Below, one piece after another: positions 50,646 through 64,000 of a stretch of 64,000 bases of DNA (within the stretch, counting starts at the first letter, position 1; each line of letters opens with the position of its first letter). The DNA comes from Laetmonice hystrix (Eukaryota). The notes beneath the pieces are model-generated. The model saw only the letters and a list, made by a program, of their open reading frames with translations. It did no database searches and had not been told where the DNA came from. Where the stretch lies: NCBI GenBank assembly GCA_965235115.1, contig OZ249436.1, positions 49,478,001-49,542,000 on the forward strand. The letters run 5' to 3'. A program made the position numbers and the translations under genes.

Positions 50646-53600
50646 GGGATCTCGTTCCGTACTTTCCCCGAGTGAAAGCCCCTTATCCCGTTACGTGTTT
50701 TTATTATTATAGATGCCAAGCCCGAAAGAACATGAATATGAAGAAACACGTCAGCGATTTGCGAGAAAGTTACCATTGGCATGTGAGATTAGAATGAAGC
50801 AAAAAAAAACCTTAAAATTTCGTGAAAGTTAAAAAAAATGGCACGGCAACGTTTCTACTAGAAAACATTTTTGAAGAGAATTCACGCGCACAAAAATTGT
50901 GAGTTAAAGTTAAATTCACCAAAAATACTACGGAAGTCACTAAAGTAGACCAGATTATTTAACTCTCTGCCAACTGTTAACTTCCTTCTTTGAGTTTGTA
51001 GCCTAGATTGCTACAGTAGTTGTTTAATTACTTTTGTAAGGTTGCTCTTCGAATCGCACCATGTTTAATCCTAGGTATTGAGTTTCCTTTCAATGCTAGG
51101 CTCTATTCATCTTTGCAACTGTTGGCAAGACGAGAGGAGTAGTCAAAAACTGACACAGGCGTCCTGTAACTCATTAAAGTTTTACCTTAACCAATGCTAC
51201 GTGAGTATAAATTCAATTAAGGATGGTGTTAATAAGGTGTCTTTTTCCAGCTTCCTTTCCTCTGTGTTCAAAAATATGATACTGGCGCAGATGTGTTGCC
51301 AGCATAATTCGATTGGTCCGCCGCTCCAGGTTTTTGAAGACTATCAGTAAACAGCTTGGGACGGGAGTGAAACTCTAGAGAGTGTGTAACTTCTCCTCTT
51401 ACCTGATAGTGTAGTTAATGCCGGAAAGTGATCGCCTTCTCCTAAAGTGCATGCTGCTCTGATCATATAATTGATTCGAAAGTGCATGTATAATAAAGGA
51501 CAGTCATTCCATATTTTCCATTAACAGGAGCTGCTTCATGGTGACGCTGTAGGGGAGCTGCCTTGAAGATATCAAATGATTTGGATGTCAGTGATGGCAT
51601 TACTCGATCGTCTTTGTCGCGTCACTTATCTTTGATAACCTTCTCGATTTGCATCCTTCCAGCCGTTTACATGAGGCAGATGTCTATGATTACCGGCAAC
51701 GCCCGAAGGTGTTAGCGTTCCGTGAAAAACATAAGTCAGGTGATTTTTTTAATATAGTTTACAAATGTCGATCATGGTAAATGCCTTTACATATAAAGGG
51801 AACGAGACATGGTGTGCTTGCCTAAGAAGTCAACGCGCTTACTGAGAGGACATGGAATGGGGTTCACACGTGTTAGCTGAAGCAAGTATAATCGGTGGCC
51901 TTTAACATTGGCGCTGCCGTAATGGAGATTCAAATAGAGAGGCTCTTTATCGTTGCTGGGTCGTCCCTACCCTGGCTCCTGGGTCGCCGCCAATGGCTGC
52001 CTACAGTTGGGCCTTGCTAGACCCGGACCGCTTACTGCGACATGTCAACAGTGTTTGCAATCCAACTCCTCCCCTCTCCCAACCACAATCTCTAGGTCTA
52101 AAGCCAATACCCGGGGGAGTTCCTTCAACTATTTGCGCCGAGCCGGGCATGAGAAATTAGTTCGATAATGTGTCAAATCAGCCGGCCTCAATACGGCGTT
52201 GACAATGCGTGAAATGACGTGATTTATCGGCGGCGATCGCAGCGACATCAGCGGCGACCCAAATGGGGGTCGGTCTCGCGGGAAGGCGCGAGAGCCAGTC
52301 TCATTGAAAACATATCCTATCCCTCGGTCGATGCCTCACTGTCCGAGAACTCGCCACCGCCTCCCTTTATTCTATTAGGAAAGTGCTAACTCCATTACCC
52401 GGGCGCTATTGAATTAGAAAAATTCTGTGGATAGAAATTGCTAAATAATATTTTCGCTACAAACCTGTTTTAACTTGCAAATTGGATGATATTGGAGGCG
52501 AGGTGGTCAGTGGGGCCGGGGGCGGGGGCAGGGCATACCGCAATGAAATGTCTGACCACGCTCGCCAGCCGACATTCCGTGTCAATTTCATATCTGATGT
52601 ACGCTGTGCATGCCCCTCCATCCACCTCACCAAGGACGCCATCCAAATCTCTTGATTTCTGAAACAAAAATCAAGTTGTCTCGGCGGGAACGCAAACAAG
52701 TTGTAATCAATTGAATACAATTTGCCGCAGAGGCGGCTTTGAAATTTAATTTCCCGCCAAATTGGGAACACGCTAGTCGACGGGTTGGAAATCAAAGGGG
52801 TGCCTGCCAGGGTCCCTTGCGCTCAGCACCACCGCACGAGCGGGAAATAAGACGTTATTATTTCCCAATACTGCCTATACACATTTAATCTGAACGAACG
52901 ACCTGTGCGTTATCACATTTTGTCATTTGTAAATGCACTTACGAGTAACAATCATAGAGAACCGATAATGAAATCGGTGCGCGTTGGTACGGTAATGCAG
53001 TCAGCCACGCTTGTTCGGTCCCGGCCCGCTCGCCAACAATATGGGGAGTCATTTTAGGCGAACAATAACGGCGTGAGCGGCTCGTCCAGGCGTGAAATTG
53101 TTATCACTACAATGGAGAGGTTGTAAATGTAATTTAGACAGCATTAGTAGACACGGACAAGGGCAAGGTTAATACCGGCGTGATTTCTGAGGGCCGCGTG
53201 ATTCTCGGGGATGGCTCCGAGAACGTGACGACACAGAGTCGGTCGTATTCGGAGGGGGGCCGTCTCGAAAGTCACAATTCGGGCAAGCTAGGCTTGGCGG
53301 GGACACACAGCGGGGATGTTAAATGTTACTTGGATATCCAACATTCCTTCAAAGCAATGTCCGTATTATTATTAAAACCCGCCAGAGATCAACTGGTAAA
53401 CAAAATATTGACCATTCAAAGAAGGGGCCCGTCGTTTCCCGTCGTAAGCCTATGCCGGATGTTCACAGAAATGCGTTCAGCAGTAAACATTGCAAGATTG
53501 AACTTTTTACAAAACCTAAGACACACTGCACAATTACCGTGTAGGTTCTGACCACAGAGAGGGGGGCAGCTACCTCAGAGTGGGAGTCACGTCCAATATA

Positions 53601-55881
53601 TTGGCCAGCATTATCATAGAGAGAAATCAGAGTAGCCTAAAGGGCTGTATATAGGCCCTATAGATATATATCAGTAGTATAGCCACAGCAGGACTGGCAT
53701 GATAGTAGTATACAGAAATGGGGCATTGTAACAGACCTTTAATCAGTGTTTTCAGGAAACACCACCTGGCCGATAACTGACAAACTTTCTCACATCCGAC
53801 ACGACGGGCCTTGTTATCCCCAACCAGTGGTTTAGACATTTGAACCACTACGGCCCGCCAGACGACAGGAATTAAAGAGGATTAATTATCGTACCATTAT
53901 CATTGTACTAACATCGTATCATTGTGTAACTTACTGTAAGAAAGCTATGAGACTTCACCACCGAGGAGCCGTTGTCCACGCAAGGCTCTCAGTATCCGAA
54001 TCGACCTTCCTCGTGGCGTACTCAAGAAAACTCACAAAAGTTCCAGTTAAACCAAATTAGTCACAAACTTGCGCGTTGTGCTTTCATTTCTGTTTACACT
54101 AACCGCACATTTACTGGGACAAAACCGTCCTAATTGAAACGCTCCCAATTAGAAGGCGAAGGGCGTCACGTTAGGCGACAGCGTCCCGCGGGAAAAGTCG
54201 TCTGCTTCAGATGCCCCCATTTTGAAGCGTTCTTCAAGCGCAGACGGTGGTTACGCAAACATTAACTGCCACTTACAAGTACCTTGTTTGTCCCAAGCAG
54301 CACTCGCCAACAAAGACAACATCTATTTTCTCATGCATGGGTGTGAATAACCTCCGCTGTGCTTTTTAGGGGGAACCCCTTCGAACAATAACATTGGCAA
54401 AATTGGCGATTTCAAGAATAACTACACGCTCGTTTGGGATACTTTTTGCTTGAAATTTTAACTCAATACGAAACCTAATTAAGTTGTATTGGGCCCTAAT
54501 TAGAAATTAACACATTAACTACTTAAGCCAAGAATGAATCACTGTGGTTGTAGAAAATATTAATTAGAAAATTATGACGTTAAACTGGAAGCAGGTTCAG
54601 ATGAATCTGCCAGGGTAGCTTTTTTCATTGTGTTGCTATCTAATTACGAAGTAATCAATGAATACACAATTCGTTTAATTACACAACACTTGAAGACCCC
54701 CGCCACAATTTGGACGTAATTACGATTCACATTATCAAGAATTATTATATAAAAGTTTTCATAAAGAAACTCGCTAGGTATCAGTGGGCTTGCGTGCCCC
54801 GGGAAGTGTGGAAGAATTGTTTAGCTAGGTGCGAGCGAGCAGGGAGGTACGTTTGCTTATTAGGAGTCATCAAATTAGCGGCCCCATTAAACAAATTGAA
54901 AGTTCATTATTTGAACGGTACTTGTAGGGATGATAGTTGATTTAATTGTGTGGATTCACCCCAGGATATGGGTCAGAGTCAATGTTTAAATAAGACAAGT
55001 CGCTACGGGGAAAATCTCCGCCCGCATGCTGAATTGTATTCTGCCCATCCCCCGTACCGGTGGCGCCCCCTCCCTTTGTTCACAGTTACCTCCCCATACA
55101 GAGGCTACTCCAACCGGAAGCACCTCCCCGACAGTGTCGTCATGCTTCTTTTTTTCCTCGTCCCAATTAAGGAATGACAAATGGAATTCTGTTATTACAG
55201 TTTCACATTAAAAGCTACACTAGATGTCTCATTAAACAAGGCATGCCTTAATCGAAGTAAGTCCATCGATGTTCGAGTAAAACGTGCTGAATAAAATCGG
55301 TATGTCACTCGTTAGGACAGACGGGCATTACGCTTTTCTTTTTCTGTTAAATCCTTGGGAAAATGCCTTAATGGGATAAAGCATCTCAGACATCGGCAAC
55401 GAAGATGGGCCTGGACTCTCATAATCAGGTTCCATGCCGTAATACGAATTTGTCTTATGTTCGAAATCCAATTTCTACGCATATAAATTGCCCATTATGA
55501 ATTTTAATTATATCCTAATATTGTATACGTAATTATTTCAGTGCCTAATTATATTACACAAATAAAAGGGATGTCGGTACCAATTTCAATCTGATATATA
55601 TAGTTTAGAGCTACAGCACTGACTCAGCCAGCAAAGACTGACGTCAGAGAAAACGAAGGCGACGTGCATACATTGTATTTACAAATTATCACTGAAGTCA
55701 AGTTAGCGTCACTTTGTAGGATGGCAGCAAAGTACTGAACCAAAGTACAGCTGCCCTAGAGTCCCCCCCCCCCGAGTTTCAATCAAATATTCTAAACTAT
55801 TCTAGACGAAATTACATGTTTCCATGTGTGTCTACAGGAATGTCTCACCCGAAACGCCGCGCAGGACTCACACTCCTGCAT

Positions 55882-56165
55882 GGGTTATCATCAAATCCCT
55901 GGAGTTTATCATTAAATCCCTGGAGTTATCATCAAATCCCTCGAGTTATCATCAAATCCCTGGAGTTATCATCAAATCCCTGAAGTTATCATTAAATCCC
56001 TGCAGTTATCATCAAATTCCTGGAGTTATCATCAAATCCCTGAAGTTATCATTAAATCCCTGGAGTTATCATCAAATTCCTGGAGTTATCACCAAATCCC
56101 TGGAGTTATCATTAAATCCCTGGAGTTATCATCAAATCCCTGGAGATATCAAATCCCTGGAGTTT
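55882..56165. repeat. Minisatellite, 20-bp unit
   Basis: ggagttatcat(c/t)aaatccct repeated. Confidence 0.94.
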
Positions 56166-58780
56166 ACCAACTTCACCTCGGCTCCGAGGTCTGCAATTAA
56201 GGATCATTTTACAACCTTTGAGTTCAACAAGTCGTGGTCTATGACACCAAAAAATGCGAGACGCAGATCTCTAGTTACAAAAATCAACTTAAATTTGGGG
56301 TATGAATTTTCATTAATTACTTTAAATTTCCAGTCCTCTCCTTTGCCAACCTGAAATTCAACCACGTTCCCTGATTTCAATGACCCGTACGCGCTCTGCC
56401 ATTATGTCGTGACTATGAAATATTATATTTCACTACCCACATTTCCTGATACATGATCCTATAGCTTTACATATAAATACAGTAACAATATAACCCAAAA
56501 CAACACAACAACAATTTCAGTTTTTTTGGCTCAGACAAGTCTCGTCCGATTTCCGTTTTAATCGTTGTGTTATCGTCACCAGTTAGTTATACACATCGCT
56601 TCATGTAGATCCTATCTATACGGTCGAGTTGATAAATGTCATTCACTTCAGCGAAAAAATACCGTCTCAAAACATACTGTACACTGGATGTAATATGGAT
56701 ACGTTGTGCTCTGTATCCTATAGAACGATACCAGTCAGAGACTGACGCTGACCCAATGGAGGGCATCTTAAGTAACATCATATCAATGTACAATGTAGTG
56801 CAAATCCACATATTGATAGTCCCCCCCCCCACACACACACACACATCATGAGGTGTGGAAACAATACGACAGGTAAAAACACAGGCCCCAAAAGATAAAC
56901 ATGCATTTCCAATACATGCAAAGAAAATTCGCTTCATTCAATATACAAATGTATTCCAGATGCAATACCTAAATTTGCATATTTCTCGGACCATAATATG
57001 TTGTTGCTAGTTGTTGCACATTTTCCAACTCTGCAATATATATTATTTAATCGCCATTCAGTAATAAAGAAATAACCTGTATGGCTGACAGCCAGATAGG
57101 TCATTTAAGGATCCCTGAAGTTGTATTGTCGTCGAGTGGGGTTCCTGTGTGTTGCTACACAATGTTCCCAGGTAGCGAACTGTTGTTCAGTGATGGTCGC
57201 AGCATGCTGGGCCCCTCCTCACTCCGGGTCAGAGGAGGTCACTTACCCGGACGGTCCGCCGAACGGCATTGGTGAACCCCTCCTTGAATCTGAACCAGAT
57301 GTCACCACCAATTATCTCTCTCTTTGCATCTGCAACAAGACACAAGAATTGTCATGGCCAGAATCCGCGCTACACCCTGCATAAATCATTCATTCGGTCA
57401 GCAAATTAGAAAATGGGTCTTCGGGTAATCAGATCGCGACCCGTGTGAATTTTTCATGGGCGCCCAAGCTGCGGACGGGACAGCGTGCTCTATTAAATGT
57501 CACTACCGAGCACAAAACGATAAATTGGATATATCGAAGTGTCTCCTTGCCTAGCCACGTGGTCGAGACACAGATCCCTAGCCGCTCCCTGATTGGTTCG
57601 GGTGACAACAGGCCAAGCAATCTCCTAACCCAATTGGGGTTTAACGGAATTAGGCCCAGCCAAATTTGACTTTTGGGCTTTATTGCTTGGTACAAGTGGA
57701 TTAGTGTTTTGTAACAATCAAATCAGCGAGACACACAGACACATGTATATACATGCAAGTGGATTTTTCCATGCCTTATTTTTCCCCGGACACAACGCTA
57801 AAGGAGGCTAGTCCCGCACTCAATACAGGACAGGCACGCAGTAAAGGCCGTGAAGAATGATGATTGGGTCACAGGTACACAGGAGAAGTTCATGCTTTAG
57901 GAGCCTTTATTCCAATTAAAACAATGTTTTCCTTGAACTTGTCCCATAGTAACATGACGCTAAACCTTCCTTAAACAAGGATGTTTCCCTTCTGATGAAG
58001 TGATAAACTTTAACAAGTATCATTTACAACTTCGCTTTCAGATGATTACATGCTGCCTTGAAAAAACAAAAAATGTCTAAAGAAGTGAAAAAATTCACCA
58101 AGTATGACGCTGACTAATGCTTGAACTGAACGTGCACAACTAAGTAAATGTTGCATATACTCAGAGTACGTCATTTGTTTGTGTTAAACACTGATACAAT
58201 TCCTTTCATACTGACAATCGTATCTAATTAACTAAGATTCATTAACGGGTCTAAGAGGTGACCTTTCAATTATATCTCCTCATTTCATGACTTGTAATAC
58301 TGCTACGTTTGATGAATTCCTTTTTATCCCATATTCTGGTGTCAAAAGGAACAAAAACATCATAAATTGTTTCAATTTGATGAAAGCTTCGGCACACTGC
58401 AGAGAAAGAAGTGTCTGCGTTAACTGCAGTAACCCTTCATGAAAATGGCGTGCTCTAGAAGTTAAAAATCCCAATCATTACCTCAATCCCGCAAAGAGTC
58501 GGCAGTAAACACATATATTATGTGAGCGGTTGAATAGTTTACCGTTTAAAGAAACACATGATGTACAGTTTCTTTGTCTCACCCTCACATCTACTTTGAT
58601 GAAACTTTATCATTCTCATCCAGTAAGAAGCCACTAGCACGCCACATTGTTTTCCAGCATAGTGATCATTTTTTTCAATTAAAGTTCTGTAATCACTGTG
58701 AACGTAACGAAACCTATGCTTCCCGTACTCATCAATCGCTTGAAGCAGAACGTTGACGGAATGTGGGGGTTAGGGTAAAA

Positions 58781-59925
58781 CCCTCACCCCGCCCCATACC
58801 ACCCCACCCGCGTTGCCCTCTCCCCATCCCTAGAACATACCACCCCACCCGCGCTGCCCTCTCCCCATCCCTAGAACATACCACCCCACCCGCGCTGCCC
58901 TCTCCCCATCCCTAGCCCCACCCACTCCACCCACCCTGCCCTCTCCCCATCCCTAGCCCCAACCACCCCAACCACCCTGCCCTCCTCCCATCCCTAGCCC
59001 CAACCACCCCACCCACCCTGCCCTCTCCCCATCCCTAGAACATACCACCCCACCCGCGCTGCCCTCTCCCCATCCCTAGCCCCAACCACCCCACCCACCC
59101 TGCCCTCTCCCCATCCCTAGCCCCAACCACCCCACCCACCCTGCCCTCTCCCCATCCCTAGCCCCACCCACCCCACCCACCCTGCCCTCCCCCCATCCCT
59201 AGCCCCACCCACCCCACCCACCCTGCCCTCCCCCCATCCCTAGCCCCAACCACCCCACCCACCCTGCCCTCTCCCCATCCCTAGCCCCAACCACCCCACC
59301 CACGCTGCCCTCTCCCCATCCCTAGAACCTACCACCTCACCCTGCCCACTCCCCATCCCTAGAACCTACCACCCCACCCGCGCTGCCCTCCCCCATCCCT
59401 AGCCCCAACCACCTCACCCGCGCTGCCCTCTCCCCATCCCTAGCCCCAACCACCTCACCCGCGCTGCCCTCTCCCCATCCCTAGCCCCAACCACCTCACC
59501 CGCGCTGCCCTCTCCCCATCCCTAGCCCCAACCACCTCACCCGCGCTGCCCTCTCCCCATCCCTAGCCCCAACCACCTCACCCGCGCTGCCCTCTCCCCA
59601 TCCCTAGCCCCAACCACCCCACCCACGCTGCCCTCTCCCCATCCCCATCCCTAGCCCCAACCACCCCGTCCGCGCTGCCCTCCTCCATCCCTAGCCCCAA
59701 CCACCTCACCCGCGCTGCCCTCTCCCCATCCCTAGCCCCATCCACCCCACCCACCCTGCCCTCTCCCCATCCCTAGCTCCATCCACCCCACCCACCCTGC
59801 CCTCTCCCCATCCCCATCCCTAGCCGCAACCACCCCACCCGCGCTGCCCTCCCCCATCCCTAGCCCCAACCACCCCACCTGCGCTGCCCTCCCCCATCCC
59901 TATATCCCCAACCACCTCACCCGAG
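58781..59925. repeat. C-rich minisatellite, ~40-bp unit
   Basis: ctgccctctccccatccctagccccaaccacc(c/t)caccc variants. Confidence 0.94.
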
Positions 59926-60075
59926 CTGGTCACAAGTTTTAAAGGCAACGTTAATCTATACCACTTCAAGTACGTGGAGGTCGAATCCTTCCTAAGCCCC
60001 CCCCCCCCCGCCCCCCCCCCCCCTTCCAAAAAAAACGCTGCTTGCTGCTGCTCTCTGTTTCGCACTTTCCCTCAG

Positions 60076-61243
60076 CCGTGTGTGGGTGAGGATATCTCAG
60101 TGAACCGGTGGTAGGGGTTGGTCCATGGCGGGACCGTGTGTGGGTGAGGATATCTAACCGGTGGTAGGGGTTGGTCCATGGTGGGACCGTGTGTGGGTGA
60201 GGATATCTAACCGGTGGTAGGGGTGGGTCCATGGCGGGACCGTGTGTGGGTGAGGATATCTAACCGGTGGTAGGGGTTGGTCCATGGCGGGACCGTGTGT
60301 GGGTGAGGATATCTAACCGGTGGTAGGGGTTGGTCCATGGCGGGACCGTGTGTGGGTGAGGATATCTAACCGGTGGTAGGGGTTGGTCCATGGCGGGACT
60401 GTGTGTGGGTGAGGATATCTAACCGGTGGTAGGGGTTGGTCTATGGCGGGACCGTGTGTGGGTGAGGATATCTAACCGGTGGTAGGGGTTGGTCCATGGT
60501 GGGACCGTGTGTGGGTGAGGATATCTAACCGGTGGTAGGGGTTGGTCCATGGCGGGACTGTGTGTGGGTGAGGATATCTAACCGGTGGTAGGGGTTGGTC
60601 CATGGCGGGACTGTGTGTGGGTGAGGATATCTAACCGGTGGTAGGGGTTGGTCTATGGCGGGACCGTGTGTGGGTGAGGATATCTAACCGGTGGTAGGGG
60701 TTGGTCCATGGCGGGACCGTGTGTGGGTGAGGATATCTAACCGGTGGTAGGGGTTGGTCTATGGCGGGACCGTGTGTGGGTGAGGATATCTAACCGGTGG
60801 TAGGGGTTGGTCCATGGTGGGACCGTGTGTGGGTGAGGATATCTAACCGGTGGTAGGGGTTGGTCCATGGTGGGACCGTGTGTGGGTGAGGATATCTAAC
60901 CGGTGGTAGGGGTTGGTCCATGGCGGGACCGTGTGTGGGTGAGGATATCTAACCGGTGGTAGGGGTTGGTCCATGGTGGGACCGTGTGTGGGTGAGGATA
61001 TCTAACCGGTGGTAGGGGTTGGTCCATGGTGGGACCGTGTGTGGGTGAGGATATCTAACCGGTGGTAGGGGTTGGTCTATGGCGGGACCGTGTGTGGGTG
61101 AGGATATCTAACCGGTGGTAGGGGTTGGTCCATGACGGGACCGTGTGTGGGTGAGGATATCTAACCGGTGGTAGGGGTTGGTCCATGACGGGACCGTGTG
61201 TGGGTGAGGATATCTAACCGGTGGTAGGGGTTGGTCCATGACC
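60076..61243. repeat. Satellite, 53-bp G-rich unit, ~22 copies
   Basis: gggaccgtgtgtgggtgaggatatctaaccggtggtaggggttggtccatggc. Confidence 0.97.
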
Positions 61244-63486
61244 AGTCCGAGCAGACATTACCAAGACAAAGATGTTAGACGAGCGATCACTCGAGGACAA
61301 TGCTCCGGGTGGCGGGCCCATTCTTTGTTGTCGGACGTAAATGCGACACATTTCGAACTAATAGGCATTTGTCTACCATGATAGGCAATTATGTGGAGAA
61401 TATAATGACTCTAATGGCTATTTATTAGTCTATCAGGCTCAAAGTGCATGGAAGAATTCTATTAAGTGATGGTGGAGGCATCAACCGTCAATATTTGCAT
61501 TGTAATGGACTTTGTTGATGTACTTACAAGACGTAACTCAGGGAAAGCCCCACCAGTCCCCACAGCCTTTTCACATATGCTTATTGAATTTACTCGTTAT
61601 GGTCCTTGCAAATGGGCACTTGTGTGTCGCGTGACGTAATCAAAATATCTATGCGTCCCTCTTGTTTTCAAAATTAATCCCCGACTCGCTTGATATAACT
61701 GCCTTTTGTTGCTCAGAAACGTGTGGAAAGTGTCGGAGAGCGCAGTGTAACTTTTACGATACAAACATCAAACATGGGCGGTCGGTGGAAGTCCATGCAA
61801 GTGGTGGATGGATCCCGCAAAAATACATGGGTCCATTAAAGAAATTAAATGTCATTGATGGGTCGATTATGGCAACAATATGTGTTTGTGAAGAGAACGA
61901 CCAACAGTCTTTAGTAAACACACAAACACATGCTAATAGGGACATCGTCCGACATTCAATTATAGGGACTATGGACTGCGTGTACTGGCCATGAGTGAAC
62001 GATGTCTTTACCAACTGGTATTGTTTGCACCATGCTTTATCAGGTAACCAACGGGTTTACATATCAACCCCATGTTGTAGCATGTACTATTCTCTGCTTC
62101 CATGAACTTGTATACGACAGCATTATGCCACTTTAACGACTATCTGATACAAATGCTGCAGTTTGCATATAAATACATGAAATCTACTTCAATTTACATA
62201 ATCGAAAAGGACATAAAACATTTGGTTGATACCGTTAGTGGTTCCAAACGAGGACTCGTCCATGTAGGGGGAAATGGATTTACCTGAATCACACTTACGT
62301 AATAACATTACGGATTTCTAAATAAGATTGGAATGGCTGATTTTTGTTTTTCAGAAAATGTACAATGAAACATTGAGAGAAAATTCCGCCATTTTACTAC
62401 TGCTCCATCTGCGCGAATGGATTGTGAAAGAAAACGTTGTTATAATTTGAAATATGTTTGATTGAATGTACAAAATATTCTAATATTCTAAATCATTAGA
62501 ATGCCCCGATAGTCACGTCCATTCAAGGCACAAAAATTATTTCAATTCCAAATACGCAGAATGTAATAAATGTGCAAATCTCCATAAATACGCGATGTAG
62601 ATTGCGTCCAATTGTGAATGGTTATAAAGATATGGGCTACAACAATCCTATAATCTGACACTCATAACTCAAACATTCAGCAATCTGCTAGCTTTTCATA
62701 TGAAGTACTCAATCAGACAAATGACTAACAAAATGTTTCGAGCTTACAATTCAGTTATTAGTACTTATTTAGAATAGTAGACGCATCTAGCATTCTCCAT
62801 ACATTAACAAGTAAGGCTAAGGCGAAGTTTAATCTTTCATATAGCGAAGTGACTTGAAGAATTTGAAGTATGTTAAAGTGAGCCAGGACTACACGTGACT
62901 GATTACGATTACTTGGTGGACCGTTCGCTTTATAATAAGTCTTTTATCAAACCTGTATTTAACCTCCAAACAACTCGCTGCGAAACATACACTTAACCTT
63001 CACATTTTGAATCTGGTTTTACACATACCTTTCTTGGTTTTCCCACTCGTAGCTGTATCCGTATTTTGGTCAACTTTTTTCACGTTGATCATCCTACCAA
63101 AAAAGTCTCGCACAGGCTGAAATGGTAGAGAGCCATCATTATTAGTTCGTGAAATCTTATATCTGATACAGACGGGAAATAATTAGTCACATGGAAATGA
63201 TGTGACTGGACATGAATAACTGGTGATTAATAATTTGATAATACATTGGGTAAAGATTTATATAGCTTACAAATATATCTGAAATAACACTCAATATTTT
63301 GTGTCCAAGTACAGCAGTAAACACAGTACATCACAAAACTGGTTTAGTTGGGTTAGTTTATCATCACCCCAGATGTGACAATATTGGGGACAATCTCCAC
63401 GTGTGTGGGTGTCCCTAACCCCCCCCCCCCCCCCCCCAGTGTGGACATTTTACATGACGTCACACGTCAGCCTCGCCCTACAATTG

Positions 63487-64000
63487 TACCGACTGGCATG
63501 CTAGTCAACCATACCGACTTGCATGCTAGTCAACCATACCGACTGGCATGCTAGTCAACCATACCGACTGGCATGCTAGTCAACCATACCGACTGGCATG
63601 CTAGTCAACCATACCGACTGGCATGCTAGTCAACCATACCGACTGGCATGCTAGTCAACCATACCGACTGGCATGCTAGTCAACCATACCGACTGGCATG
63701 CTAGTCAACCATAGCGACTGGCATGCTAGTCAACCATACCGACTGGCATGCTAGTCAACCATACAGACTGGCATGCTAGTCAACCATACCGACTGGCATG
63801 CTAGTCAACCATACCGACTGGCATGCTAGTCAACCATACCGACTGGCATGCTAGTCAACCATACCGACTGGCATGCTAGTCAACCATACCGACTGGCATG
63901 CTAGTCAACCATACCGACTGGCATGCTGGTCAACCATACCGACTGGCATGCTGGTCAACCTACCGACTGGCATGCTAGTCAACCATACCGAGTGGCATGC
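63487..64000. repeat. Minisatellite, 25-bp internally palindromic unit (runs off window end)
   Basis: taccgactggcatgctagtcaacca repeated. Confidence 0.96.

Overview
Eukaryotic (animal, most likely bilaterian invertebrate) genomic DNA, not prokaryotic. One protein-coding gene can be reconstructed on the + strand: a Drgx (Drg11/Prrxl1) PRD-class homeobox gene. It has six coding exons (31276-31357, 35778-35869, 36874-36975, 40745-41505, 43711-43805, 45732-46057), all with GT-AG introns and matching phases, giving 1458 nt / 485 aa. The protein has an N-terminal MFxFHCPP motif, a Q50 homeodomain, a KG..CxCC motif and a C-terminal OAR domain. The rest is a gene-poor regulatory landscape with two candidate upstream promoters and several TAATnnnATTA (P3) sites. 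It carries more than 20 mostly unrelated tandem arrays (roughly a quarter of the window by hand-summed lengths) and several non-autonomous DNA transposons: IS3EU-like with a 6-bp TSD, a nested Academ-like family in 3 copies, a TTAA foldback MITE and a Crypton-like element. Nearly all listed ORFs outside Drgx are repeat artefacts or chance ORFs. I found no CRISPR array or multi-gene novel system. The most interesting leads are a stop codon built into a splice donor (OAR-less isoform), conserved Cys motifs in Drgx, a duplicated P3 module, nested transposons and a minisatellite abutting a homeobox splice acceptor.
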